Part shown: positions 37,967 through 51,597 of the stretch, piece after piece
Position numbering within the stretch: the first letter of the stretch is position 1
Layout: each line of letters starts with the position of its first letter
Assembly (NCBI GenBank): GCA_032718475.1
Contig: JAUCBJ010001166.1
Span: 1 to 64,000, forward strand
DNA from: Nemertoderma westbladi
Taxonomy: Eukaryota > Animalia > Xenacoelomorpha
DNA length: 64,000 bases
Reading direction: 5' to 3'
Notes under the pieces: generated by a model
Database searches by the model: none
What the model saw: the letters and a program-made list of their open reading frames with translations, nothing else
What the model was told of the DNA's origin: nothing
Position numbers and translations under genes: made by a program

Positions 37967-39655
37967 TGACTCTTCCAAGTACCGTCTCAGAACTCAAAAA
38001 CCTACCTAAAACAAGATTAAATTCATTAAAGGCTACTTTGAAAAAAAGTTTGAGGAGGAGAATGGAAAAGTAAAGAAGGAAGTCCAAGATTGCTTGGAAA
38101 AGTAAAGAAGGAATGTATCTAAAAAAAGATGTTCACCCAGCACCCAGCCATCCGGCGAGAAGATGCACGATTCACGATTGAGAGTGGTAGTGCAAAAGGA
38201 GAAGAACAAGTCTTCGAATGTAAATTGCAGAATAAAATACAATCATGGAGAGGGGGTCGTCTATAGCGGCAATGTGTTTATTGACCGTTACGAGCCATTA
38301 TATACCGGCTAGTACAGATACGGTAAATATGAAAATAATGTAGACAAACTTAGAATCGTTTCTTGGAATGTTGGTGAGTCTCTCCGATAAATTACAGAAT
38401 GATGTTGTATGGATGTATGTAGATGAGTATGGTTTAGTATGGCTTTATGAAACTCCGTATATAAGCCCAGTAGCTGGCTTTACAGTGTACAACAATCCTT
38501 CAGTTGAAAAGGTAACCCGCAGAGGATTATGTTTATTGATTAAAAAATACCTTGTGACTACATAAAAGAAGTTAATAAATCTCGTGATGGGTTCATATCA
38601 GTTGAGTTCAGCCACATCCCGAGTATAGTTTTCACAGGTGGGTATATCCCTTCCCTATTCTCTACGTTTTATACAAATAGTGAGTGTGGCACTCTTCAAT
38701 CCATTGTTCAGGAAAAGTCTGATTATTCGGTTGTATTTGGAGATTTTAATAGTCGTGTGTATGCTCCTATGAATAGCCACGGAAAACAGTTGATTCAAAT
38801 TATCGAAGAATGTGGTATGTTTGTAAGTGATAACACGATTTAACATATCCTAGGAAGAACACTTGGCTAAGTCAAATATATCTTTGTATTGTTGGAAAAT
38901 AATTACGAAAAAATGTTAATCTCATAGTTAATCAGGATCTCTCTCTGCCTTCTGGGCATGCGCCACGAGAGATAGAATTTGCAACTCCACAAATAAGGGA
39001 CTTATCTAATTATCTTATCTATTTAATTAACTAATATGTTATCCCACTCCATAGTGAAATCTTCATCTGATCTGGTAGCTCAGTACACACACCCGGCTGA
39101 TGATAACCGGAAGTTTGAAACCTAGGTATCGGGTTCGAGCCCCAATAGGGTCAGTTGATATTTTTCGCTATGGAGAGCATTATCATATTGTCTTATTTAT
39201 TACATTATATATCAAATAAGGGACTGGTTTTCTCTATCTTTCTATCTTTATCTTTATCTCTCTATCTTTAGGCTCGATCTAAAGATTTATGCGTCTACAA
39301 ATACAGTTTTAACAATAAATCTAACTCGTGAAGGGACATCAGACCACCAAGGAAGAAGTTTAATCATGTGAAGTTCCTCACCGAAATTGAAAGTCAGGCA
39401 GAACAATTCGGTTGACCAACAGATAGCACAACTGTCATATCAGAATTAACTCGAATTTTCAGCTCTAACCTCTGCTTGCGAAGGCTCTGATCTAGTATAC
39501 GAATTCCAAATTGATAATTCTGAATTTAAGAGATGGGCCAATCTATTAAATAGTGACAACGATAGGTCAGTATGGAAGGCGATTGATTGGAAAGGAAGGA
39601 TGTCCTGTCCAACTGCTCAAATGAAGAAAGACCGGATGACGAAACCTTTAAATAT
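37967..39655 (+). mobile_element. Highly degenerate LINE (ORF1 remnant + APE endonuclease)
   Basis: KLRIVSWNV, WLYET, RGLCLLIK, GGYIP, VVFGDFNSR, VWKAIDWKG, with stops and frameshifts. Confidence 0.75.
39033..39189 (+). mobile_element. Short TIR-bounded element with a tRNA-like core (copy 1)
   Basis: About 25-bp imperfect TIRs (ATATGTTATCCCACTCCATAGTGAA / TTCGCTATGGAGAGCATTATCATAT). A-box TGGTAGCTCAG, B-box GGTTCGAGCC, and anticodon-arm-like CCGG-CTGATGATAA-CCGG. Confidence 0.7.
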
Positions 39656-40194
39656 TAAATATCCTATTAATTAGTAAATTAACCAATAACATTTCCATCA
39701 CATTATCCCACGATGGGCACAAACTAGCTATCAATAATCTATGTTGCAAGCATATTATTCTTAAATAGCTTAGAGAAATGATAATGAGGCTGTTCCACGA
39801 TTGCTTGCTACTCTAAATATATACTATATTCAAGAAATTATATAAAGCATCCATGTCTGATCATAAATGACATGTGATGAGGTCCATTTTTTATGCCAAA
39901 TATGCTGTGGTATCATTGCGATTTCTTGAATGTCACTAGTCCTTCTGATTCTCTTCCATAATCCAATCGGCCACTCTAGATATTGTAATTATATGTTACT
40001 ATGTTAATGTTTTAGCATTTCAATAACATTATCATGAAATTACATCATTGTAATGAATTATTGCTGTCTTGTAATTCTATGTTCTTCAATCACTTTTTAA
40101 AGAATGGTTTATATTCAACAGCAGTAAGTACTTCGTTCAATTGAGATTCACGATTGCCACAAATTCATGCGTAGCTCATACTTAAAATTGTAAA

Positions 40195-41068
40195 ACACAG
40201 TCTCATGCAGTATATATATGTATAGCACAGTCTCATACAGTAAATATATGTATAGCAGTCTCATACATTATGTATATGTATAGCACAGACTCATATAGTA
40301 TATATATGTATAGCACAGTCACATACAGTATATATATTTATAGCACAGTCTCATATAGTATGGATATGTATAGCACAGTCTCATATAGTATATATATGTA
40401 TAGCACAGTCTCATACAGTATATATATGTATAGCACAGTCTCATACAGTATATATATGTATAGCACAGTCTCATACAGTAAATATATGTATAGCACAGTC
40501 TCATACTGTATATATATTTATAGCACAGTCTCATACAGTATATAAATGTATAGCACAGTCTCATATAGTATATATATGTATAGCAGTCTCATACAGTATA
40601 TATATTTATAGCACAGTCTCATACAGTATATATATGTATAGCACAGTCTCATATAGTATATATATGTATAGCACAGTCTCATACAGTATATATATGTATA
40701 GCACAGTCTCATACAGTAAATATATGTATAGCACAGTCTCATACAGTATGTATATGTATAGCACAGTTTCATATACTGTAGTATATATATGTATAGCACA
40801 GTCTCATATACTGTAATATATATATTTATAGCAGTCTCATACAGTATGTATATGTATAGCACAGTCTCATATAGTATATATATGTATAGCACAGTCTCAT
40901 ATACTGTAATATATATATGTATAGCAGTCTCATACAGTATGTATATGTATAGCACAGTCTCATATAGTATATATATGTATAGCACAGTCTCACACAGTAT
41001 ATATATAGTTATATCACAGTCTCACACAGTATATATCTGTATATCACAGTCTCGTACGGTATATATAC
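40195..41068. repeat. Tandem minisatellite, ~30-bp unit, about 29 copies
   Basis: Unit TAGCACAGTCTCATACAGTATATATATGTA with variable (TA)n. Confidence 0.97.
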
Positions 41069-42189
41069 TGATAATTGCATCGATGTTAGTCCCTTTGATA
41101 ATTAAAACTGAACTTTTATTGCTATTACATTGCATTTCAATGATTGGATGATATACACCTGAAGACAATATCTATCAATATGTTATTTAAAATACATTCC
41201 AAACCAACTCTGTCCTGTCTTTCCAATGCATTATCTTTGCTTATAAACTTCAACATCAACATCATATTTTATTCAATATCATATATTAACATTTTCTTCG
41301 TGCGTTCACCGAGTGAATCAGAATAAAATTCCATCAAAAAGAGGTTCTGATTTACATACATGTAATTAATATAAGTAAGATTGAACTAGCTATAAGAGTA
41401 AGACTATACAAGATTACTATCATAAGGTGTCAGTTGTCTTATCGATTATTTTATTCAATTGTTCTTATCTATATTAATATCTACATAAAAGCTACAAGCA
41501 CCATTGAGAGATAACTAATCTAGTAATATTAATTAACTCACTATGTAACACTAGATGACTATATAGTGAAGGAATAACTTAAAGCTTGAATTCCAGATAA
41601 ATATAATCTAATTTTGCACTAATACAAAAAGTGCTGGTACTGTTGCATTAATACTATAAGATAGATAATGCATGTGCAGAATTGATTAATACTGATAAGC
41701 AATGATACCAGTCGATTTCATGAAATAAAATACCCAATCCAAATTAAATTAAGCTAAAGCTGTAATAACTTGCGGAAAAGATGATGATTGTGTAACATTC
41801 TACACGCCCTCCTGTTCACTGGGTGGGTGGTCGCAGTCCAGTCCATGGCCTTCCATGATTCGGGGACGGTGCTGGACTAAAGGGCGTAATGTAGATCTCA
41901 ACGATAGCAATTACCTGCTCATACTGTGTTTGTTCATGATTTTTAAATTTGGCATGAAATTTAATTAGATGTATCACAAAAGTTCATTTATTTTGTACTC
42001 TATGATATAGAATTCTAAAATATTTAAGAGAAAAACCACAGTAGATTGCTGTAATAGTCAGAATAGGCTACACAGCAGATATTCTACTGTACTTACATGG
42101 GCGGCATTGATGACAGCAATCTTCTCTCGGAATGATTGCTAGATAATATTGTCGATTCTGCACCGCTGAAAAAAAACAAGAATCGCTTG

Positions 42190-42460
42190 TTCATATGCGG
42201 ATGCGGATGTGATGTAGTTGCTGAAAATGTAGATAATAAAGTTGAGTTCTCTAAAGAGAATCATATTGAAATGAGATGTTGGTTCAGATTTAGAGACGAC
42301 ACATGGGTAATTTGGTGTGGTACATTAGCGAGGCTGGAAACGTTCCATACTTTGTTGAATGCATTTAACACATCGCTTAAGTTCACTATTGGAAGTGAGA
42401 CGACGTTTCAGTTAACTTTTTGGATTAACATAATCACATCGATGAGGGCAAAGTAAGCCA
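42190..42460 (+). mobile_element. Penelope-like element RT fragment
   Basis: CWFRFRDDTWVIW...FHTLLNAFNTSLKFT...VNFLD, the typical PLE RT core. Confidence 0.8.
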
Positions 42461-42630
42461 ACATAAAACTATTTGTATTTACGTGTGCAGATTCTGTTAG
42501 CAGATTCTGATAATTATATTATTCAGTGTTGTAGAAACCACTGATGCGCCATATGCCGGCCATGCTGTTTATTAATAATAAATTAATTGTTGTTGGGTGG
42601 GGTGACGGCAAATTAAATATATATTATGTT

Positions 42631-42919
42631 ATGATAATGCTCTCCATAGCGAAAAATGTCAACCGACACTATTGGGGCTCGTTCCGTTTCCGTCCCCCTT
42701 CCGTTGTTGTACTCTCCTTAGAGTGACTGCAAAAGACCAAAATATGATAACCCACTCCATAGCGAAGTAATTCTTCATCCGTCCTGGTAGCTCAGTTGTC
42801 TTAGGACACACACACCCGGCTGATGATAACCGGAAGTTTGAAACCTAGGTAACTTATTTGAGAGTTTGAGACCCAATAAGGTCGGTTGATAATTTTCACT
42901 ATGGAGAACATTATCATAT
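42631..42919. mobile_element. Second copy (42741-42919, +) and inverted partial third copy (42631-42685) of the tRNA-core TIR element
   Basis: High identity to 39033-39189; 42631-42685 is the reverse complement of its right half. Confidence 0.75.
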
Positions 42920-43194
42920 CATAATATATATAGAATGATACTTTACTCAAGACATTTATATGGTCAATTTGTTTCACTTTATTTCTCATTTAGCTGGTTT
43001 AATTTATTTTAATTTTTTTTTTTTAAACTACACCACCGAGCAGGGTAATCTTAATTTATTGTTAGTTAGTACTTATGCTCGTGATAATTGAACAGTAGCA
43101 TAGTTAAGTTTTGGTCCAGGTTTAGGGGTGCGTATAAACAGCAGACTGCCAATTAAGCAATGCAATCAGCAGTGAGGTAAATTTGAATTATCGC

Positions 43195-43234
<40 letters not shown>

Positions 43235-43383
43235 TATTCATACATGACAGAAAAAATACTGACAGTACAGCACTACATTAAAATGTTAATATAAGTAATT
43301 AATTAGTTAATAATATACATATTATAATATATTGAACGGTGATATAGAAATCACAAACCATATAAACTATCAAACTGCGACTA

Positions 43384-43553
43384 TGGCCCGTATGCATAAA
43401 ACACTTACGACGATCGTAACTTTACGATGATCGTAAGTTACTTTATGCATACCAAAATACGATCGTCATTCTTACGATCATTGTAACTCAAGTTACGATC
43501 GGAAAAAAGAAATGATCATCGTAAAATTACGATCGCTTTATGCATACGGGCCA
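43384..43553. mobile_element. 170-bp MITE (PIF/Harbinger-like termini)
   Basis: Perfect 17-bp TIR TGGCCCGTATGCATAAA / TTTATGCATACGGGCCA; interior made of TACGATCGTA-type palindromes. Confidence 0.85.
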
Positions 43554-43573
43554 ATGGTGCAAGAATTAATTAA

Positions 43574-45650
43574 TCAGTTAACAGATATGTAATTTAATAG
43601 TTCTGAAATTTCATCTTGTGAAATATTATCAACATTGCTTCTATGTAACCGACAATCAATTAGTTCTTTACAAAATTCTAACTTCCACCTACACTCTGAA
43701 GGACAAGGGGCATAACTAACATTGCTAAGTACAAGTGACTTATGTAGTTTATTGAGATCATATGAACCACATAAGCACATTAAGCATTAAACCATATAGA
43801 ATCGGCGAGGCTACTGCCCCTTGTCTCACACCATTAGTAATATTAAATGAATCAGATAATACATTTTTCCACCGCACACAACTAGACTGGTTAAAGATAT
43901 ATCCAGAGTAAGGTACATAGAAATAAGGGAGAAAAGCCCTTCTTTATCAACTCTATGATCAACTTCATCCAATCCACCATATCAAATGCCTTACTGAGGT
44001 CCAGGAAACTGCCAAATACCGGAGTCAAAAATACTAAGAGAAGTGTCCGATAACTTCAGAGGCACACCAGCTACACTGAGTTGTGCTAGAATTCCTTTGA
44101 AAGCCGAACTGGAGTTGATCAACATCCAAGCAATCGGACTGCGAGAGGAGCATTACCGATTCGAATACCTTTAGAATTAACGAGGACAACGCAATAGCCC
44201 TATAATTAGACGAGGAACAAAGAACACCCCGCTTATCCTTAATGAGTGGAAGAATTACACTAGTCAATAGAAATTTAGGTACAAATCCATGAGAGAAACA
44301 AATTAAACAGTTTACTTAGATGATCGGTTAAACATGTACCAGCACTGAGAAGACAATCAGCATCGAATTGGAACACAACATCACTTTTAGAACGATTTAA
44401 ACGATGCAGTGCCTCAGTTACGAGTTCAGGCGAAATGGGAGGAACAAGATCATGAGAAAGAGAGCTACTTAATATCTTAGAGTTAATTTCCGACTCGAGG
44501 CTGCTAATATCGGAATCATATTGTTGATTAAACAACCCGGAGTAGATTGAAAGCAAACCTATCCGAAATAAGTTTGGAATCAGTTAAACCATCAATACTA
44601 GATGAAGGGGGCAAGGGAGCTCCACGCATCTTTTTCATTTCGGCGAATATAGAGCTATTACTATTAAGGCAAGCTTGTATTAATTTATATTTACGTACAA
44701 CATCAACTGACTTCTTTGACCACCGCACAGCATATTTATATTGTGCGCGTGAAATACGGCGCATATGAAATAAATAATTATTAGAGACAGCGTCGGGACG
44801 ACAGGCTGAGAACCACAGACTGTGCCAGAATATGGCTTCGTTTTTAAATGGTTTTACATGTTCAGTCCAACCGGGTAATATAGGTTGACTTTCAGGGGTG
44901 GAACTGTATTTGGTCTGTTTGAGGCTATCTGTGGAACTATCAACTGCGTCCAAAACTTCAAATGTTAACTTTTCAATACACAATAAATGGTTCGAATCTC
45001 TACAAAATATATCACTGCACTGTAAAATACCAGAGGAAAAAGATTCAAATATTTCCCTAACACTTGCTTTATATATATTTTGATTTTCTACAGTAGCTTT
45101 AGTGTAATGCGGTCTATCACAATATATACCAGTGTTATCTTCAGTGGATGTGCCAGTTGCACCCGGACTAATGTTTGACGAAAATTTCATATAAATCAGA
45201 CTATGATTGGACAAATTATCCCCGCTATGTACTATGTACTGTACATAGAGGGGATATCCCCTCTACGTATATTAACAGCATGTAACCTAAAACTATTAGT
45301 TTTTACAATTGAAGCGAACTTAGCTATATTCTTTTTGAGAAAAATACACAATCCACCGACTGGCCGACCAGTACAAATCTCATTATTAAGAAATATGGCA
45401 GGCTCGGTAAAACAAACACAACCTGGAAACGCATTAGTAATTCGATATAAATTATCTAAGAACAAAATGTTATTTTAAACCGAATATATCGCACTCAAGA
45501 AGTAGTAATTTAATTAGATCTATTTTATCTGGGGATAACCCAGTACTATTATACGACATTACTGATAAAATATCCGGATCTGAGATACAATGCGGGCTCG
45601 CATTATGGGATAGGGCAGCCTCAGAATGAGTTTTGGTTAAGGTAGCCATT
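43574..45650 (-). mobile_element. Degenerate LINE (APE + RT, RTEX-like) with internal deletions
   Basis: SYNSTG start, GRPVGGLCIF, SNHSLI, PGWTEHVKP, NYRAIALSS, QFGFQ, FLDLSKAFDMV, and C-terminal KELIDCR...EISELLNYIS. Confidence 0.88.
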
Positions 45651-45869
45651 GTAAATAGTAAGTAATTTTAAAAAACAAAACTATATAAATAAAAATATTA
45701 AATACAAATATATAAACCGAACTACATCGTTCATACCGGTTTGTCAGTGCCCTGACTTTGAGATCCACAATTAAAAAAACGAACTTTCAACTGGCTTCCT
45801 ATTGTTTCCTATGCTATGATGCTTCCTATTCATGTCCTATGCAAGAATTATTATGAAAAATAAAATTTT

Positions 45870-45925
45870 AGGGCCCCAAACTATACCAGTAGCCTAGGGT
45901 CCCCTAAAACCTTAATCCGGCCCTG
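45870..45925 (-). mobile_element. Orphan hAT-type terminus
   Basis: Reverse complement begins CAGGGCCGGATTAAGG with GGGCCC subterminal motifs; no partner end seen. Confidence 0.45.
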
Positions 45926-46029
45926 GCCTCCTAACATATATGGGTTGCGTATAGAAATTGTCCTAATCTGATATAACTTTTGGCACCGTCTGACCCTTAC
46001 AGAGTTAAGTTAGGGATTGGCCAGGATGA

Positions 46030-46580
46030 GGGTTGTGAAGGGCACATAAGTACGATTGTTGTACAATTGTCGACGTTTGTCATGTGTTGTCTCCAGCTGA
46101 TGTTTAGGGCTGCCCTCAGTAGTCTTGTGTAGCAACCATCAATTCATTGTTCAAGTGATTTAGTCAGTGTCCAGGTCTCACCCCCGTATAAAAATACACT
46201 TTCTACTATGGCTCGAAAGAACTTAGTCTTCAGGTGCCTGGGGAGATCTGATTTCCAGATGGTATCCATTTTTGATAGAGCTACCCAAGCCTTTGCTTTC
46301 CTAACTTCTATGTCCTTTTTGCTACTCTCAAACCATGATCCAAGGTACTGGAAGTCATCAACCTTCCTTAGTTGATTATTATCAATGGTTATCAAGTTTC
46401 CATCAACATTAAAGGTCATGAATTCGGTCTTGGTAGCATTTATATGCAATCCAACCTCCTTAGCAGCCCTCTCCACTTTATTCAGTAGAAGCTGTGCATC
46501 TGCTAGCGTATTAGAGAGCAGGGCGATGTCATCCGCAAAGTCGGTGTCTGTGATTGTAGTTGCCGGATATCTACTACTTC
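46030..46580 (-). mobile_element. RTE-clade LINE fragment (second family)
   Basis: RYPATTITDTDFADDIALLS...GLHINATKTE...FQYLGSW...LYGGETWTL. Confidence 0.9.
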
Positions 46581-49500
46581 TTCGTATCTACTACTTCCTT
46601 TGTGTATGTGATGATTCTAATTAATGGATATGTCCGTACCAAAATGTTGGCTGTTTGGGCTGATTTAGCACCACCTAGTGGTGAACCATAGCATTATAAG
46701 ACACCATAATTATCAAAGCATCATGAACTTTTTGTCTACTTGTCTATTCAACATTTAACAAGCCCTTGCTGAGATATTGCCGTTCAAACTTTTGATAGAC
46801 AGAGAAACATACAGACAAATAGGTAAAACCGATTTTGCCAGTACTCAACTGAATGCTAAGGTTTGCATGACTTCGTGGCTCGCTCCACAGACTTCGCGGC
46901 TCGCCCCACATCCTCCGTAGCTCTTCTCACAAACATGTACCGGTATCAACAGAGTTTGTGGTTAAATATAGTCAAGATCGACCAGCACGTCAGTAAATCA
47001 GCCAGCACCATCCAGCCTACAATAATTTTGTAGTTTTTTCGGATGCATGGCCTGTTATAAAGGACGCCTTGATTCTGAGATATAAAAGCAACAGTATCTC
47101 TACTACTATAATAACCATAACGTACGACTACTACCCTGCAAGATGCTAAATTGCCAATATACTGTATTATTTGTATCTGTGTCCTGTGTGTACTACAACA
47201 CTGATCTATTTGAGTCTCTGTTATTAATTTACCCTACTCCGATCGAGCTCCCTCTGTCTCCGAGCTGGACGGTGTTCCTGACGTGGACTCGGATTCGGGG
47301 ATGGCTCAGGATTTAGGGGAACCATGTATTAGGTATGGATTAAGTGTATGGAGACCAGGTATTGGATTTTACCAAGGCTTTATAGATTGTCTGGTTTGTG
47401 ACTTACGGATTTGGTGTTGGATTATAAGTTTTAAATATTAATATAGTTTTAGTGGTACAATTATACATTATTATTCAGAAAATAAATATATTTTAAATAG
47501 CATTATTAATTCAAACCAATGAATGAGGTCATTCATACTGTCATTCTGCCACTCTGGCTACTCCTGGCCAGTCCTGGGTGTACCTGTACGGTACGTCTAT
47601 GTATTGTATAATAATATTGTGTAATATGGCTTGTCTAAGCATTGCATAAAGAGGTCAATGTCGCATTAATTTAAATTTAATACACAGCAGGTTTATTGAT
47701 TAGATATCTACATTGGATTCACTGGGGTGAGCTATCAGCTGACGGGGTAATATATTGCAAGTTTATGTTTGCTTACTGTAAAACATGGCAAGTAATATAC
47801 TTCTCTACAGTTTGGGCCAATCCATTGAATAGCACTAGGCCCTCTACTAAATTTTCATATATACACCAGTTGGTGTTTTTATCATTGCGCCTATATGGCG
47901 TCTTTCGGTTTATGTCTATTTTTCGAGCCCAGAGGCTATGGACAGAAGAGCCGATCATGCCAGGGATCTTAGAATTTGGAATATCTAAAACCAGGGCCGG
48001 TGCCGGTCCCGGTTTCGGCCAAACTATGTCATCTGGTAGGTAACTGTATAACAGCAGTTGCACCTTCAGACTCAATCTGTTCTCCCTGACACTTTGCAGA
48101 TATGTACATGACCATAGATTGCGTGTTTGTGAGGACAATGACCGGTATGCAGTTCCCCACTCTGCCGGGGCGAAATGTCTGAAAGTGAAAAACCTTCGAC
48201 CATTTCATATTTATATAGCTTTTTAGCTGATACTTGGCAGATGTTTACTACACCATTAGGCTGCACATATGGGAAGGACCCTTCCAGTCTGCAGTTCTCC
48301 AGTCTACCGTTAGGGGGCGAACTGTTAGAAAGTGAAATCCTTCTCCCATTTCGTTGCTTATAATGCTTTTTTTATAATTTTGGCCCATTTTAAATTCTTT
48401 AGAGTTGATTCTTTGCAGCGATCTATAAGTACCTACTAAACTACAGTAGACCTATAGGTTGTGTTTGCGAGGATGTCTGACTGTTTTAACCTTCTCCCAC
48501 ATTTTATTACTTGTAATCCTTTGGAGGTGATATTTTGACAGGTATCTACTACAACATAAGCCTTATATGTTGTACCGTAGTAAATAACCTACCAAGTCAA
48601 GTAGCTTTATACTGTTTGTTTGAGAGAACTCTCACTCATGTGACGTTTTAATTTGAAATTGTGAATGAGTTTATTTACTAGAAAGCAATTTTAAACAATT
48701 GTCTGCCAATAGTAATGGAATAGTTTCCAGGCCATAGTTCAGTGACAAATTTTACAGATTTTTTAAGTAGTTTAGTTTCTAACACATATAGGTCAAGTTT
48801 TTTGGTTCAGTGTACATTATTCTGTACTACTTCTAACAATTTACGCGACTTCATGTATTTTTTCAGTGTACGCTGGCAGATGCAAAATTTTAATTATGTA
48901 TTATTTCACTCAGAGTTATTTTTTATTTATTATTTTTTGTCTACATAAGCATCCATAATGTGAAACTAATATTTTCTCAACAGTTATAAGTAATACAAGT
49001 ATATTTCGGTGTAGGACAGAATCCTAATGTTATTTAAACTTTTATGTTTGATATTCACATGCCAATACCGGACTCCTGGCAATTGTTATGGTTGATAATT
49101 TATATTGTTCGTTGTCTGTGGTAGACATCTGTGGTAGGAGTGGATTGTGGAATCACCCAACTTTATATTAATTTGAAGAGGGGCTATGTTGTGATGGTGA
49201 CGCAATGGTGATGTGGGTAGTGTGTCGATACTCTATCAACATGCAATTGCCTTGTCTTTTATAGGCAGTGTCGTTGTCATTGTCATTGGCGTTATCGTTG
49301 ATGTTGATGTTGTCGTTGATGTTGATGTTGTCGTTGATGTTGATGTTGTCGTTGATGTTGATGTATGTGCTTACAATGTCATATAGGTCAAACCTAATAC
49401 TTATAACAAAATTAAATAATTTAATATAATTTAACAAACTTAAATACAAACTTAATACAAATTGTTATGGTAACAATATATAAATCTCCAGATAAAAAGT

Positions 49501-49770
49501 AAAAACTCACCGATGGATGATGGATGTTGAGTTGCGTTTTCTTAGGAGTTCACTTTTGGAAAAGGTTAGCTATAAGTAAAAAATTGCACCAATAATGGGT
49601 ACTTAAGAAGTCACTAATTAAGAAGTTTATAGGTATTAAACCGGTATCATTGTTAATTATGGAGATTCAGAAACTTAATTCTTTATCCTGCTGCATCCCA
49701 TGTAGATAACGCACACAACATTAATTTTGTTGTAGATTTATTATATTTATTTTTTAGTCATTGCAACGTA

Positions 49771-50410
49771 TGGTTGGTGCGCGAGAAAATTGTAAGGCTA
49801 GAGACAATCGAATAAGGTGCCCGCCCTGTATCGAGTTTGAAGCGGCGTGTGTTTTTTATAAAAACACGAGGAAGCGGTCGAAATGGCGGGCATAAGTAAG
49901 CGCGGGAAGACAATTTTGAAAATCAGCTGTGATTGGCTGCTACAGATTTGACGTCACTACGAAGTGCTCTGATAATTTCTTATATTGTTTTCTAAGGAGG
50001 GTGATAATAGATCCATTCAAATACGGTACACATTATTTAATCTCAATCATTTCACACGTGGCTTATATCAATTGAAAGCGGAGAGTCTTTCGCGTCTTTT
50101 GACACTAAAATAATTAAATTCATGATGAGGAACATTGATAAAATGTTGTTTGCAATTTTGCTAACTTGGTAGATTACCGCTACCTTCTACCTAACAGCCC
50201 GATACATACTGTATGTAAGTTACTTTGTAGTGACGTCAAATATGTAGCAGCTGTGGATCACAGCCGATTTTAAAAATTGGTTCCCGGGGTTACTTATACC
50301 CACCATTTCGACCATTTTTACAAAAAATACACCCCGTCACTCCATTCAGAGCACCTTGTTACCCCTTATTCTATTGTTTCTAGCCCAACAATTGTTTCGC
50401 GCACCAACCC
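49771..50410. mobile_element. MITE/foldback with ~190-bp diverged inverted arms, TA-flanked
   Basis: 49771-49966 is the imperfect reverse complement of 50222-50410 (GGTTGGTGCGCGA...TTTGACGTCACTAC). TA on both outer sides. Confidence 0.8.
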
Positions 50411-51597
50411 TATTATGCTCTTATAGAATTGCTTCTAGAATATGTTAGGTTGGGCTGCTTTCCGCCACGAAAAGTATTACTTTTCTACCAACAATATTTC
50501 TGAATCACTTGTAAAAACACAGTAATTGCTATTTGTCTTAACCTAGCTGGTGTGCTTTATCTAATATTTTCAAACTAAAAATTTACTAACAAACAAAGTA
50601 ATTCCAATTCTTTTTAATCTGCTTATTATAGAACAACTCATCATTAGGAAGAAGTTCTAAGTTAATTTATATTAAAAATATGTAACTTTTTAAAATAAAT
50701 AAGGGGCAACCCATATAAAGGGTGTTCCTCATATTGTGTGACACTCAGAAACTCAGAAATTTATCTAGTTGTTTCTAACACTCCTTTATAATTCAGAAAC
50801 CAATTGGTGTTAGATTTTATACCATCAGCTTTAGCTGTAATATATTCCCTCTAATCATTTTGCAGCCAATCAGTAACTTGATCGCAACCCCAAGGCATAT
50901 GATTAGCCAATAAGTATGCACTTTGACAAGCTACCCTGATTTGAAAAATGTACTCTATTTTTTGTATTACAGGTAGTAAGTAATATGATCTATATTGAAG
51001 AATGTTATTAGATTCATTCCGATTTGTTGGCCTGTTGGGGGCGGGGACTCCTAGTTAACCTAAGAAATGAACCCACGTCTCGGTGATAACCCAATCTGAC
51101 AATAAATATAATATTCTAATAAATTTGTGAATTTAATTTAATTATTCCGCATAACGCCTCAAAGCGAGTACAATACAAAGTGTTTCTTTAGAGAAGTCGA
51201 TCAGAACCGTATTGTAAATGTATTATAAATAATAGTGTACGTAAGCGTACAGGTTGCGTGGTAAATAGAGGGATATGTGGATACACTCGGGTGCAAAATT
51301 CAACCCTCTCCAGGCAGGGGGAATGGACAATTCCTGCTGATTGCCAACTAAAAAAAACATCTGCTTTTGAATAGAAGCTGATGTGAATGAATTAGTTGTA
51401 TCTTAAACTAGAATAAATAAGGGGTAGCCCTATAAAGTAATTAGTTGGAAAAACGACTTATGGTAATAATTCAATTCAATAATTTAGTCTGAGAAATTGC
51501 CTTTCTATAGGAATTAAAGAGGAAGTTGTAAGATTTATTATTGCTATTTACATCCCTAAGGAGATAAAGTGTCCCATACAAAATATCGGGATATGCT

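Noticed and set aside
39070-39155. Functional tRNA gene
   Set aside because: Truncated D-arm, 10-nt anticodon loop, extra insert before the T-arm, and multiple diverged copies inside TIRs.
40270-41151. Tyr-rich repetitive ORFs (YSTVSYSIYM etc.)
   Set aside because: Artefacts of a TA-rich minisatellite with frequent indels.
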